Below, in pieces: positions 12,818-24,680 of a DNA stretch of 64,000 bases. How positions within the stretch are numbered: the first letter of the stretch is position 1; every line of letters begins with the position of its first letter. Under the pieces are notes generated by a model, which worked only from the letters and a program-made list of their open reading frames with translations, was not told the DNA's origin and made no database searches. The stretch lies in contig OX597836.1 of assembly GCA_951406725.2 (NCBI GenBank), forward strand, positions 9,920,001 to 9,984,000, written 5' to 3'. The stretch is from Octopus vulgaris. Lineage: Eukaryota. The translations under genes were made by a program, and so were the position numbers.

Positions 12818-13966
12818 TATGTTTATTTTAATTGTTTTAATCAACTGTATGTTATTACCATTCCGGTAGGAGAGCAAACAACAGACAGAAAATCAAACAA
12901 AACCAAAGGTTTCAAGACTTGCATGCAATAAGCAACAATGAATCTTCAACAGAGAAAATCCTGTCATTTATCAACTGCCTGTTAGCATTTTTAAAAAATG
13001 GACACTGGAGAGGCTGAAGTGATTACAGCAAAACTATAACAAAAATTTTGTGATTTTTTATTATAATCTTAGCATTTTTTTTTTAAAGTCGTTTTTGCAA
13101 TATTATGTTTTGTCAGATATAAGTGTATCATATCACATCGTTTGTATGACAAGAGTCAAGTTAGCATCTCAAGAGATAAAAACCATTAATGATCCACAAA
13201 CATGTCTGTTGTTATCGGGAGCCGTATTTGCACGACAGATCATTGCAAATTAAACTTCAGTCGATGTTGATAGAAGAGACCAAAGTATGCATTATGATAA
13301 GCCGTTTTCAATGTCCCTTGTAAACATGAGATGTTTGCAAAGGTATAAGATTAATTCTCGGCTTTGTACATCAAACAAAGGAGAAAAATGAAAAATGATC
13401 ATCGACCGACGAAGGATGGAAGCTACTGCATACAACAACAAACACTCGAGTTCAAATGCATTGAATGTATGAATGGATTTTATAAGTGCAGGAGTGGTTG
13501 TGTGGTAAAGAGGTTTGCTTCTGAACTACATGGCTTTGGGTTCAATCCCACAGTGTGGCATGATGGGCAAGTGTCTTCTACAGTAACCACTGAACAACCA
13601 AAGCCTTGCAAGTGGATTTGGTAGACAGAAACTAAAAGAAGCCCATCATATATATATATATATATATATAACGGGAAGGTTTACGAAAATAAACAGAAGA
13701 CGAAGGCAGGTGGAGTACAAACAAACAAATGTATTAGTATGGCGCTCAGGAATAGAAATAGAACAAGTCTTTTATGTTTCGAGCCTATGCTCTTTGACAG
13801 AAAGATACACAGAAAAAAAACAAGGAGAGAAAAAAATGCGTGTAGGAGCTAATGGTCTATATTGATAGAAATGGTAAGACAACAAAAGAATGAAAAAGAC
13901 CTCGATATTATGTAAATAGAGGAATTTATCTGTAAATGTAACATGTGACAATTATTCGGTAGCCAT

Positions 13967-14027
13967 AATAAAACTCCGAGTTTCGGATGTCGGGGTGGAA
14001 ATCCACGCCACCATCTCTTCAGTTATC
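13967..14027 (-). ncRNA. Putative minimal type I hammerhead ribozyme within a foldback/Penelope-like repeat
   Basis: Minus strand: GAUAA CUGAAGA GAUG..CAUC C GAAAC UCGGA GUU|UUAUU. Intact CUGANGA and GAAA boxes, stem I GAUAA/UUAUU, quasi-palindromic stem III. Confidence 0.55.
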
Positions 14028-14279
14028 TGGCCATCGGAAAAATTATACAAAGGGAAATTACTGTGTGATTGACCATTATTAAGACAAAAGAGCTATTTGA
14101 ATGACCGCTAAGTGAGCGGTGAGAGTAAAAGTAAGGGGGTAAAAATGCTCATAGTATTCAGAGTAGGATGGAGGGTATATCAGCCGAAACGTTGTGTTAA
14201 CAATAAACAAGATGAGGACAGATATCAGTCAAATGTAAATAATGTAAATAATTCCTCATCTCTTAAATATAGAACTGAA

Positions 14280-14846
14280 GGATAATGATGATGATAACGA
14301 TGATAATGGTAATGATGCAGACGATGATGATGAGGACAACGATGATGATGGTGAGGACGACGATGATGGTGATAACAATGGTAATAGTGATGGGAATGGT
14401 AATGGTGATGACGGTGATGATGCAGACGATGATGATGGTGAGGACGACAATGATGATGGTGAGGACGACGATGATGGTGATGATGATGGTGAGGACGACA
14501 ATGATGATGGTGAGGACGACGATGATAGTGATGATGATGATGGTGATGATGATGATAGTGATGATGATGATAGTGATGATGGTGGTGGTGATGATGATGA
14601 TGATGATGATGATGGTGATGATGATGGTGATGGTGGTGATGGTGATGATGATGGTGATGATGATGGTGATGATGATGGTAATAGTGATGAGAATGGTAAT
14701 GGTGATGATGATGGTGATGATGATGATGGTGATGGTGATGATGGTGATGATGGTGATGATGATGATGGTGATGATGATGATGGTGATGATGATGATGGTG
14801 ATGATGTGATGGTGATGGTGATGGTGATAGTGATGGTCATGATGAT
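14280..14846. repeat. (GAT/GGT/GAC)n triplet repeat
   Basis: Directly visible; explains the poly-M and poly-S ORFs. Confidence 0.95.
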
Positions 14847-15430
14847 TACAGTCTTTTGATGATAAGTGTTCGATTGTTCAGTTAGCTAAATTGCTCACTG
14901 AATTAGCCGGCAAAACCATAGTCATTACTTCACTATTGAGTACATCTTGAAAGTATGCAACACACTTTCACTAATTATGAATTGATGGGAAAGAGGATGA
15001 TGTTCAGAGATGGGGAAGAGATGGTTGTCGAGAGTGACAGTGAGAGACAACAGAGTGGCTGCAAGTGAGGGGTATGGAATATATGTTAAAGCAAGGAGAA
15101 AAGAGTAGATGGATTTTTTTTTCTTTCCTATCATTTGTATTAAACTTTAGTGTAAAACAAGAGTAACGACCCCCTTTGGTCATGTTTGACCATGGGATTG
15201 CAACTAGAAAGTTCCCCTCCAAGGCACAAGTCCAGGCAAGATTCTTTGAAGAAGACCAGCAGTCATTCATGCATATCAGCCTCCTCTCTTGACAGCACCA
15301 AGGGAATGGAAAAGGCCACTACATCTCAACACCAGTGATGTCACAACTCATTTCTACAGCTGAGTAAACTGCAGCAACATGAAATAAAGTGTCTTGCTCA
15401 AGTGTAAAACAAAGTGAAGACTCCTATCTA

Positions 15431-16004
15431 TTGGGTTGTCCAGAAAGTTCATGCCAATTTTTAAAGGAAAGAAAAAGGTCAATAAATACTTGGCATTACC
15501 CAAGCTTTACCAGGTGCTCATGAATGGCGGATTTTGATAGGTTGAGGCTTTCTGCCAATTCTCGGGTTGTGTAATGTGGGTTATTCTCAATTAATGACTT
15601 GATTTGGTCATCATCTGTAGTGGATGGTCTGCCTGATCGCTCTTTATCAATAAGGCTACAATTTCCAGCTCGGAACCTTGCGAACCACTTCCGTACAGTT
15701 CTTTCGGATAAAGAAACATCACTGTAAACTGCATATATTTGTTTGGTTGCTTGTGAGGCATTTTTCCCTTTACGGAAAAAGAAAAGCATCAAGTGCCGAA
15801 AATGAACTTTCTTATCTTCCATTTTAAAGGGTTACAGAATTAATACAGGTTAGAGGAACATAAACCTTCTTCCATGAAAAGATAGTTTAAACTGTGCTCT
15901 AAATGGAGGTGTAGTCAAATCCTATTTTAAGGACTCAAACATGTTCTAAAATAAGTCGAAAGGTAAGCTACTATAAATCGGCATGAACTTTCTGGACAAC
16001 CCAA
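15431..16004 (-). mobile_element. Internally deleted mariner (mellifera-subfamily-like) DNA transposon, 574 bp
   Basis: 30-bp TIRs TTGGGTTGTCCAGAAAGTTCATGCCRATTT with 1 mismatch; TA TSDs at 15429-15430 and 15005+1000=16005-16006. Confidence 0.92.
15496..15822 (-). CDS. Truncated mariner transposase: N-terminal paired HTH DNA-binding domain only (108 aa)
   Basis: HFRHLMLFFFRKGKNASQA..RKWFARFRAG..RSGRP..TTRELAESL..HLVKLG*. Ends just before the WVPHEL linker; the DD34D catalytic domain is absent. Confidence 0.85.
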   Translation of the reverse strand: MEDKKVHFRHLMLFFFRKGKNASQATKQIYAVYSDVSLSERTVRKWFARFRAGNCSLIDKERSGRPSTTDDDQIKSLIENNPHYTTRELAESLNLSKSAIHEHLVKLG

Positions 16005-16157
16005 TACTTTGAGTATTATATATTATTTTATTAGGTTAGAAATCATACGGGATACCAGTTTTCAATCATGTGGCAATGTCATTCACCATTTCTTGCAAAA
16101 TGGTTTTCGGTTGTTGGTTAGCTATGGTACCAGGCTGCATGGTAAAATAATTCTGAA

Positions 16158-16387
16158 GGCGGCGAGTTGGCAGAAACGTTAGCATGCCAGGCAAAATGCG
16201 TAGCCGTATTTCGTCTGCCGTTACGTTCTGGGTTCAAATTCCGCTGAGGTCGACTTTGCCTTTCATCTTTTCGAGGTCGATTAAATAAGTACCAGTTACG
16301 CACTGGGATCGATATAATCAACTTAATCTATTTGCCTGTCCTTGTTTGTCCTCTCTGTGTTTAGCCCCTTGTGGGTAGTAAAGAAAT
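16158..16387 (+). mobile_element. SINE family B, full copy with 14-bp TSD
   Basis: GGTAAAATAATTCT at 16141-16154 and 16389-16402. Confidence 0.88.
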
Positions 16388-16546
16388 GGGTAAAATAATT
16401 CTATAGCACAACAGATATTGGTTTTCATCTGCAGGATATCTCTATCTAAAATGTGAAAGAACTTGCTTTGTTCTTCCATTTAGTAAATTTCATTGAACAA
16501 TTAGACGAATCAAATGGACAGATGATGTCATCAAGAAGCTGACAAC

Positions 16547-16583
<37 letters not shown>

Positions 16584-16922
16584 GATATTAAAATTGACAG
16601 ATTGACATCAGCAAAAAATTTACCATTTAAAATTCATGAAGATACTTGATGAAGTCAACAGGAAAGTAGAGGTCTTTCAAGAGGGCAGAGTAAAAAAAAA
16701 GAAGAAAAAAAAAAAAAAAAAAAAAGAAGCAAATGAGAGAATCGAAGCAAAATCTGCTCAGCATCACATCGGTCGGTCGCTACAATTTGCAATCAGCTGT
16801 TGGCTTTGATAGACTTGTCAAATATTGAACAGCTGCAACATACAATTTGAAACTGATAGCTTAAAAACCATATTATTGCAGATGACACTGGCATTCCATT
16901 CACTCACTCTTTTTCTCTCTAA

Positions 16923-16955
<33 letters not shown>

Positions 16956-17152
16956 CTACTCACATAACTGTAAAACTAATGCACAGTGACACCACTGTAA
17001 GAAAGAAATTGTCTTTCGCTTTTCTGTAGTTCCCTATCGGACTGTCATGTCCAACTCAATTTTTTTTAACAATAAACATGTGACGACGAATTGAAACCAC
17101 AACTCTGCTCATTCCTTACCTCATCTATTCTCTCCATTCATTCTTTTATTAA

Positions 17153-17530
17153 CCCTTTCATTACTGTATTTGCTAAAGCTCAACCCCTCCTCCACGTGGT
17201 GCAGACTGGGCAACGTGAACAAGCCAGCTGTGTTAGCGGCAAACGGGGCTCTGACAGTCATCAAATCCTCAACGGTGGAACAGGCGGATGAAGGCTGCAG
17301 CAGACCATCGACTCCAATCGTCTCGGTTTACCTTGCCATTGGGTCAAGTTGGTGGTCTGTCAAGTTTACGTGCGCTTTACTGGGCGTGCGACCTCAAGCA
17401 CACGTTAAACAATTTCACGCACAGGCGTCTTCGCCACCACTCTTCTCTGTTGAGATGCTCTGTGTTTCTTTCAATTACTTTAAATATAACAAAGAATTTA
17501 GTAAAATAACTTAGTTATCATTCAGCCAGC
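17153..17530 (+). mobile_element. piggyBac-like MITE, truncated and interrupted by a ~270-bp GC-rich insert
   Basis: Starts TTAA|CCCTTT; sequence after ~17445 matches the MITE at 63619-63827. Confidence 0.6.
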
Positions 17531-17835
17531 TTTGGTCGTCCCGAGGCTATAGTAGAAGACACTTGCCCAAGGTGCCACGCAGTGGGAATGAACCCAGAAC
17601 CATGTGGTTGGTAAACAAGCTACTTACCACACAGCCACTCTTGCACGTATGGAAATATTTTTTCCTCAAACGCATAATAATAATGCTGAATAGCATAAAT
17701 AGGACAGAACATCCTTATATTGCAGAAAAATTTGTTAGCAGCCAGCCATAAGACTCGAACTCATTATCTTTAACGAGATTTGAACCTTCATAATTTTTTA
17801 TACCATCCCAACTCAATCTGCCTGAAATTGCCTTT

Positions 17836-18223
17836 GTTGGAAGCACTCCGTCGGTTACAACGATGAGGGTTCCGGTTGATCCGAATCAACGGAACAGCCT
17901 GCTCGTGAAATTAACGTGTAAGTGGCTGAGCACTCCACAGACACGTGCACCCTTAACGTAGTTCTCAGGGGAGATTCAGCGTGACACAGAGAGTGACAAG
18001 GCCGGCCCCTTGAAATACAGGTACAACAGAAACAGGAAGTAAGAGTGAGAGAAAGTTGTGGTGAAAGAGTACAGCAGGGATCACCACCATCCCCTGCCGG
18101 AGCCTCGTGGAGCTTTTAGGTGTTTTCGCTCAATAAACACTCACAACGCCCGGTCTGGGAATCGAAACCGCGATCCTATGACCGCGAGTCCGCTGCCCTA
18201 ACCACTGGGCCATTGCACCTCCA
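17836..18223 (-). mobile_element. tRNA-derived SINE family C, full copy with 14-bp TSD
   Basis: Sense head TGGCCCAGTGGTTAGGGCAGCGGACTCGCGG..GGTTTCGATTCCC (A and B boxes); CTGAAATTGCCTTT at 17822-17835 and 18224-18237. Confidence 0.88.
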
Positions 18224-19062
18224 CTGAAATTGCCTTTAATATTATTAGTACAAGCTTCCTGTTTTCAAGTGATCTAAATTAAGACTTTTCATCAAAATTT
18301 CATGTTAATTTTTGCTTCAAACTTCCTGTTTTGAAGTAGTATTAGTAGTAGCATTAGAAGTAGTTTTGGTGGTAGTTTTAATAGTATGGGAGCATGCGCT
18401 GTAATAGCAGCATATTGTTGTATCTATGATTTGTTGGTGATCCCTTACTACTTTTGGCAGATAACACCCCTGAACCACTCAGGTGATAACCTTCAAACCC
18501 ATGGGTCTGTAAGGGTAGTCGTTGCTGGTGAGAGTTTTTATGAGGCCAGAGTGCAAATCCTATCTCGACCTCTTTTAGCACAGGAAACGTTGGGTCTGTT
18601 CTATGACATGCCAGTCCCCACACATCACTAGGGGCACTATCGGTTATGACGACAAGGGTCCCAGCTGATATGATCAACGGAACAGCTTGCTCATGAAATT
18701 GACATGAAAGTGGCTGAGCACTCCACAGACACGTGTACCCTTAACGTAGTTCACAAGGAGATTCAGCATGATACAGAGTGTGACAAGGCTGGCCCTTTTG
18801 AAATACAGGTACTACTCCTTTTTTGCCAGCTGGGTGGACTGGAGCAACATGAAATAAAGTGTCTTGCTTAAGGACATAACGTGTCACTGGGAATTGAACT
18901 CACAACTTTACGATCATGAGCCGAATGCCCTAACCACTAAGCCACGCGCCCACGCAACACTACAGCAATGTGAAATGAAGTGTTTTGCTTAAGAACAGAA
19001 CACATTGCCCGGTCTGAGGATTGAACTTGTGATCTGATGATTATGAGTGCAATACCCTAACC

Positions 19063-19283
19063 CAGTGCTTTTCAAACTTTTTTTGCTGGAGCGGAACCCC
19101 AAGGAAACATTCCACTGGCTCGAGGAACCCCTGTGCAATAATTTAATAGCCTTATGCACACATATCTGCACAGGAGACTTAAAAATTACTGCCGATTTTA
19201 GCAGTTTTGTAACTTCTTGTGGAACCCCTGCACTGTACTGGCGGAACCCTAAGGTTCCGCGGAACCTTGGTTGAAAACTACTG
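19063..19283. mobile_element. hAT-type MITE, 221 bp (copy 1)
   Basis: TIRs CAGTGCTTTTCAA / TTGAAAACTACTG; 8-bp TSD CCCTAACC; repeated subterminal GGAACCC motifs. Confidence 0.9.
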
Positions 19284-19477
19284 CCCTAACCACTAGGCCA
19301 TGCATGTCTTCACAACTGATCTAAATTAAAATTTCTCATAAAAATTTCATGTTAATTAAAATTTCAAACACAAGTTTAAATAACGATGACAAAGTTATTT
19401 CACAATATGTTAAAAATTAATTGAAATGAAAGCAATATGTTTTTAACCCTTTTATTACCATATTTCTGTCAAAGACA

Positions 19478-19883
19478 TTACTCTTTACTCTTTTACTTGT
19501 TTCAGTCATTTGACTGCAGCCATGCTGGAGCACCGCCTTTAGTCGAGCAACTCGACCCCGGGACTTATTCTTTTGTAAGCCCAGTACTTATTCTATTGGC
19601 CTCTTTTGCCGAACAGCTAAGTGACGGGAATGTAAACACACCAGCATCGGTTGTCAAGCAATGCTAGGGAGACAAACACAAACACACACACACACATACA
19701 TATATATATATACATATATACGATGGGCTTCTTTCAGTTTCCATCTACCAAATCCACTCACAAGGCATTGGTCGGCCCGGGGCTATAACAGAAGACACTT
19801 GCCCAAGATGCCATGCAGTGGGACTGAACCTGGAACCATGTGGTTGGTTAGCAAGCTACTTACCACACAGCCACTCCTGCGCC
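19478..19883 (-). mobile_element. SINE family A, full copy inserted in a decayed piggyBac-like MITE
   Basis: Family A consensus; left flank begins TTAACCCTTTT at ~19443. Confidence 0.85.
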
Positions 19884-20245
19884 TACATATTGCCGCTATT
19901 TTTAATTAATTCTGAAAATAATGAAGAATTTAATGAAACAACTGTCGTTATTGAGCTGGTTTTGAGACCATAAATTAACACGGAATTTTAATGGGAGGTT
20001 TAAAATTAGATCATTTTAAAAGAGGAAGCTTATATCATAAAACCAGGGATGGTCTCGTATGGGTTGATAAGTACAAATGAAGAGTGGAACAAAAAAAATA
20101 TATTCTTCTAAAATATAATACAGACGAGTAAACATCAACTGGATCCAAGCTCTACAAACGCCTTGAATCAATGGTCCTCAATTAGGGTCAATATAAACCT
20201 TGGGAAGGGGGGGGGGGGCATTCAAAATTATTTTGTTGAAGTTTA

Positions 20246-21068
20246 GGTGTGGTTGTGTGGTAAGAAGCTTGCTTACCAACCACGTGATTCTGGGTGCTGT
20301 CCTACTGTGTGGTACCTTGGGAAAGTGTTTTCTACAATATCTCAGACCGACCAAAGCCTTGTGAGTGGATCTGGCAGACAGAAACTGAAAGAAGCCTGTT
20401 GTGTGTGTGTATGTGTGTGTCCGTGTCACCCTCCCCACTTGACAATCAGTGTTGGTGTGTTTACGTCCTTGTAACTTAGCAGTTTGGCAAAAAGGTCCAA
20501 TAGGATAAGTACTAGGCTTAAAAAAGAAGAGAAATAAATACTGGGGTCAATTCATTCAACCAAAAACTCTTCAGGGTGGTTCCCCAGCAAAAAATCAAAG
20601 ATAAATAAATCGGTCATACTTCTATGATACACAAGGTATTTTAACAATTTTTCTACACAATTCTTAATGATATTTAATTATAAAAATATACTCTTTTACT
20701 TGCTTCAGTCATTTAACTGTGGCCATGCTGGAGCACCACCTTTATAGTCAAGCAAATCCACCCCAGAGCTTATTCTTTGTAAGCCTAGTACTTATTCTAT
20801 CAATCTCTTTTGCCGAACTGCTAAGTTACGGGTACGTAAACACATCAGCATCGGTTGTCAAGCGATGTCGGAGGAACAAACACAAACACACATATATATA
20901 TATACAACGGGCTTCTTTCAGTTTCCGTCTACCAAATCCACTCACAAGGCTTTGGTTGGCCTGAGGCTATAGTAGAAGACACTTGCCCAAGGTGCCACGC
21001 AGTGGGACTGAACCCGGGACCATGTGGTTGGTAAGCAAGCTACTTACCACACAGCCACTTCTGCGCCT
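20246..21068. mobile_element. Two SINE-A copies in tail-to-tail inverted orientation
   Basis: Plus-strand copy ~20246-20590; minus-strand copy ~20690-21068. Confidence 0.82.
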
Positions 21069-21399
21069 ATAGGATTTTTTAAACACCGAATGGGTATGAG
21101 GGTCCAGTAGAGTAAAACAGGAATCAAAAGGGTCCATTAGCAAATAAAGGGTTAAGAACCACTGAACTTGTATATGCGGTGATATTCATCTGGGATGGGT
21201 TGAACCAGCTCTGACCAACGAGCTCACCGAACTCATCCAACAGTCAGCACTAACGATCCAGCAAGCAAATTAATGCTTCTGTCTGCGGCCCAAAAATCTG
21301 GGTTGCAAATTTGACAAATTGCCACACTGGGGGAACAAGCACGTCAGACAGTGTGGGGCCCATAGCCATCATTCATTGTTGAGGTAAGGAGTTCGTTAA

Positions 21400-22353
21400 G
21401 GCAGCCAGCTGGCAGAATCGTTAGCACGCCGGGCGAAATGCTTAACAGTATTTTGTCTGCTGTTACGTTCTGAGTTCAAATTCCACCGAGGTCGACTTTG
21501 CCTTTTATCCTTTCAAGGTCGATTAAATAAGTACCAGTTACGTACTGGGGTCAATATAATCGACTTAATCCGTTTGTCTGTCCTTGTTTGTCCCCCTCTG
21601 TGTTTAGCCCCCTTGTGGGTAGTAAAGAAATAGGTATTTCGTCTGTCACTACGTTCTGAGTTCAAATTCCACCGAGGTCGACTTTGCCTTTCATCCTTTC
21701 AGAGTCGATAAATTAAGTACCAGTTACGTACTGGGGTCGATGTAATCGACTTAATCCGTTTGTCCTCTCTGTGTTAACCCCTTGTGGGTAGTAAAGAAAT
21801 AGGTATTTCGTCTGCCGTTACATTCTGAGTTCAAATTCCGCCGAGGTCGACTTTGCCTTTCGTCCTTTCAGAGTCGATAAATTAAGTACCAGTTACGTAC
21901 TGGGGTCGATATAATCGACTTAATCCGTTTGTCTATCCTTGTTTGCCCCCTCTGTGTTTATCCCCTTGTGGGTAGTAAAGAAATAGGTATTTCATCTGTC
22001 TTTACGTTCTGAATTCAAATTCCGCCGAGGTCGACTTTGCCTTTCATCCTTTCAGAGTCGATAAATTAAGTACCAGTTACGTACTGAGGTCAATATAATC
22101 GACTTAATCCGTTTGTCTGTCCTTGTTTGTCCCCTCTGTGTTTAGCCCCTTGTGGGTAGTAAAGAAATAGGTATTTCGTCTGCTGTTACGTTCTGAGTTC
22201 AAATTCCACCGAGGTCGACTTTGCCTTTCGTCCTTTCGGAGTCGATAAATTAAGTACCAGTTACGTACTGGGGTCAATATAATCGACTTAATCCGTTTGT
22301 TTGTCCTTGTTTGTCCTCTCTGTGTTTAGCCCCTTGTGGGTAATAAAGAAATA
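21400..22353 (+). repeat. SINE family B tandem array: one head plus five bodies (~170-184 bp period)
   Basis: Junctions AAAGAAATA|GGTATTTCRTCTG at ~21633, 21802, 21986 and 22170; outer direct repeat GGTAWGGAGTTC at 21383-21394 and 22354-22365. Confidence 0.92.
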
Positions 22354-23504
22354 GGTATGGAGTTCATGCTTGGATTTTTGGTTGGAATACAATGCCACAT
22401 ATGGTCCCCAATCACATGGAGAGCCATTGCTTTAAATTGAACAGTAAATTATAATTACTCCTCCCCCACCCCCCAAATTTAAAAAAAAAATAAAACAGTG
22501 AGTGGGGGGAGGTAGAGAGGTAAACGTTAACTACTCTATTTGATGGAAAGCCACAGAAAATGAATGGAAAATGATGTCATAGAATAATACAAAAAAAAAT
22601 AGACAAAAAATAAAATAAAATAAAATACTATTTTCTCTTTGTTAGTAAAAAAATAAAAATTCTATGAACATTAAAACATGCAGCTTCCCTCCTCAGTAAA
22701 TCTGTCAGCTCATGGACTAATCAATAACTGAGAATGTATAGATATACAAGAATAATCTATCCATCCTCATTGCTGTTTTGGCAATAGCGAAACTGTTTGT
22801 CGGTTGAATGAACTGTAATAGTGTCTGAGAAATAAATCACATTTGACATATTAATACCAATTTAACAGTTCTGAGATTCTTTGGGATTTTTTTTTTTTTT
22901 TGTTTCGTTTTGTTATTTTTTTTTTTTTTTGCAAAAAACAAAAAGAAACCTAAAAAACAAAAGAATTACATTTATCTAACTATGGTATGTATAGAAAACA
23001 TAAATATAAAAAAAAACCCCAAAAATATATGAAAAAAAAATAAACCTCCCAAAGAATAAACTTTAATGGAAAAAACTATCTTTTGGAAGTAAATAAGCAG
23101 AGATAAACAATTTGATGAAAAGCTTCAATTTATGCTTGTTTTCTTCTCATCTGCTAGATAGATGTTTTTTTTGCTAGTTTACATGTTTAAATATCTGCTT
23201 TGAAAACTGGAATGGTTTTGTTTAAGACTAACCTACCTACCTCACGCTAGACTGGAAGCTAACTGCAGTTCAGTCAGAGAGGAAATTTGAGCAAAACAAC
23301 CAAAGAGAGAGAGAGAGAGAGAGGGAAAGAGGAGAATGTTTATTGCAGAGTCAGAAGGCATAACATATGGACCATACTCCTAAATTACTTTGTTCCTGCT
23401 GTTGCTGCCGCCAATATTAGTTTATTGGTGAATAGTTAGTTATTGGTAGAACTAGAATGTAGAGGTAGATGACTAATCAGCATTTTAATGTGCCCATCCT
23501 ATCA

Positions 23505-23539
<35 letters not shown>

Positions 23540-24154
23540 CGTGACCGACCAGGCTATCAGATGTTACTACACATCGCTGGTCACAATGCACTTCACATTG
23601 TTTTTTAGCCTTCCAATGACGCCACCCTGTTGGCTAAGCGAGCAGGCCAATATATATATATATGTTTATATATAACATATATACAAACATAAATAAACAC
23701 ATACACATATATACATACATACATACATACATACATAGTAGAATAAGAAATGGAAAGTTCTTGGTACAGTATTGTATTTTAAAAAAAAAAAACAAAATGA
23801 ATAGAATTGGCTTTCCTGATAATTTTTCCACTTTGATTATTGGATGTTTATAAGTTATTATGTGAAGTTATAAGCATCTAATTATTGAAGTGGAAAAATT
23901 GTGAAAAAAATCATTGCTATTCATTTTTTTTTCAAATATAGATACGTGAATATGCATGCATACATATAAAGCTATATGCAAATATACATATCTATACATA
24001 TGCATTTATTTGCAAATATACATATCTATACACACACAAATATACACATTTTTGATTTTGATTTTTGATTTTTCCAGTTTCAGCTAATGAACTGTGGCCA
24101 TGCTGGGGCACCGATACAGAAATATATTTATATACATATATATTTATATATGTG

Positions 24155-24340
24155 CAGGTGGCACGTAAAAAGCACCCACTACACTCTCGAAGTGGTTGGC
24201 GTTAGGAAGGGCTTCCATCAGTAGAAACACTGCCAATTCAGGCTGCAGCCTGGTTCAGCCATCTGGTTGTCAGCCCTCAGTCAAAACCGTCCAACCCATA
24301 CTAGCATGGAGCATGGAAAACAGACGTTAAATGATGATGA
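24155..24340 (+). mobile_element. RTE-clade LINE 3' tail fragment
   Basis: TGGTTGGCGTTAGGAAGGGC..AACCCAT..AGCATGGA..ACGTTAAA(TGA)n; the same tail follows the RTE coding remnants at 30.4 and 44.2 kb. Confidence 0.7.
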
Positions 24341-24487
24341 TATATATATATATATACACATGCAAATAAATATACATGCATATATATATGTATACATACA
24401 CATACAAATAAATATACATATATATATACACACACACATAAATAAATATACATATATATATACACACACACACACAAAATAAATATA

Positions 24488-24567
<80 letters not shown>

Positions 24568-24632
24568 TACAGTTGTATATATATACATATTACATATACA
24601 TACAGGCACAAACATGTATATACATATGCATA

Positions 24633-24680
<48 letters not shown>

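Noticed and set aside
12577-12831. Recurrent ORF RQASFSFRLPNPLTR..HLPKMPRSGTEPGTMWLVSKLLTTQP in many places
   Set aside because: Antisense translation of SINE family A, not a gene family.
14256-14840. Poly-Ser/Pro and poly-Met ORFs, possible Asp-rich protein
   Set aside because: (GAT)n triplet repeat with no splice signals or unique coding flanks.
18150-18223. tRNA gene-like sequence on the minus strand
   Set aside because: Head of a SINE-C copy with body, tail and TSD; not a standalone tRNA.
21170-21385. GC-richer unique segment ending in GAG|GTAAGG
   Set aside because: The frame I read stops early, no clear acceptor was found, and the donor-like motif coincides with the SINE array TSD.
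21400-22353. CRISPR-like or satellite-like regular array
   Set aside because: Units are entire ~180-bp SINE bodies with no unique spacers; eukaryotic context and no cas genes.
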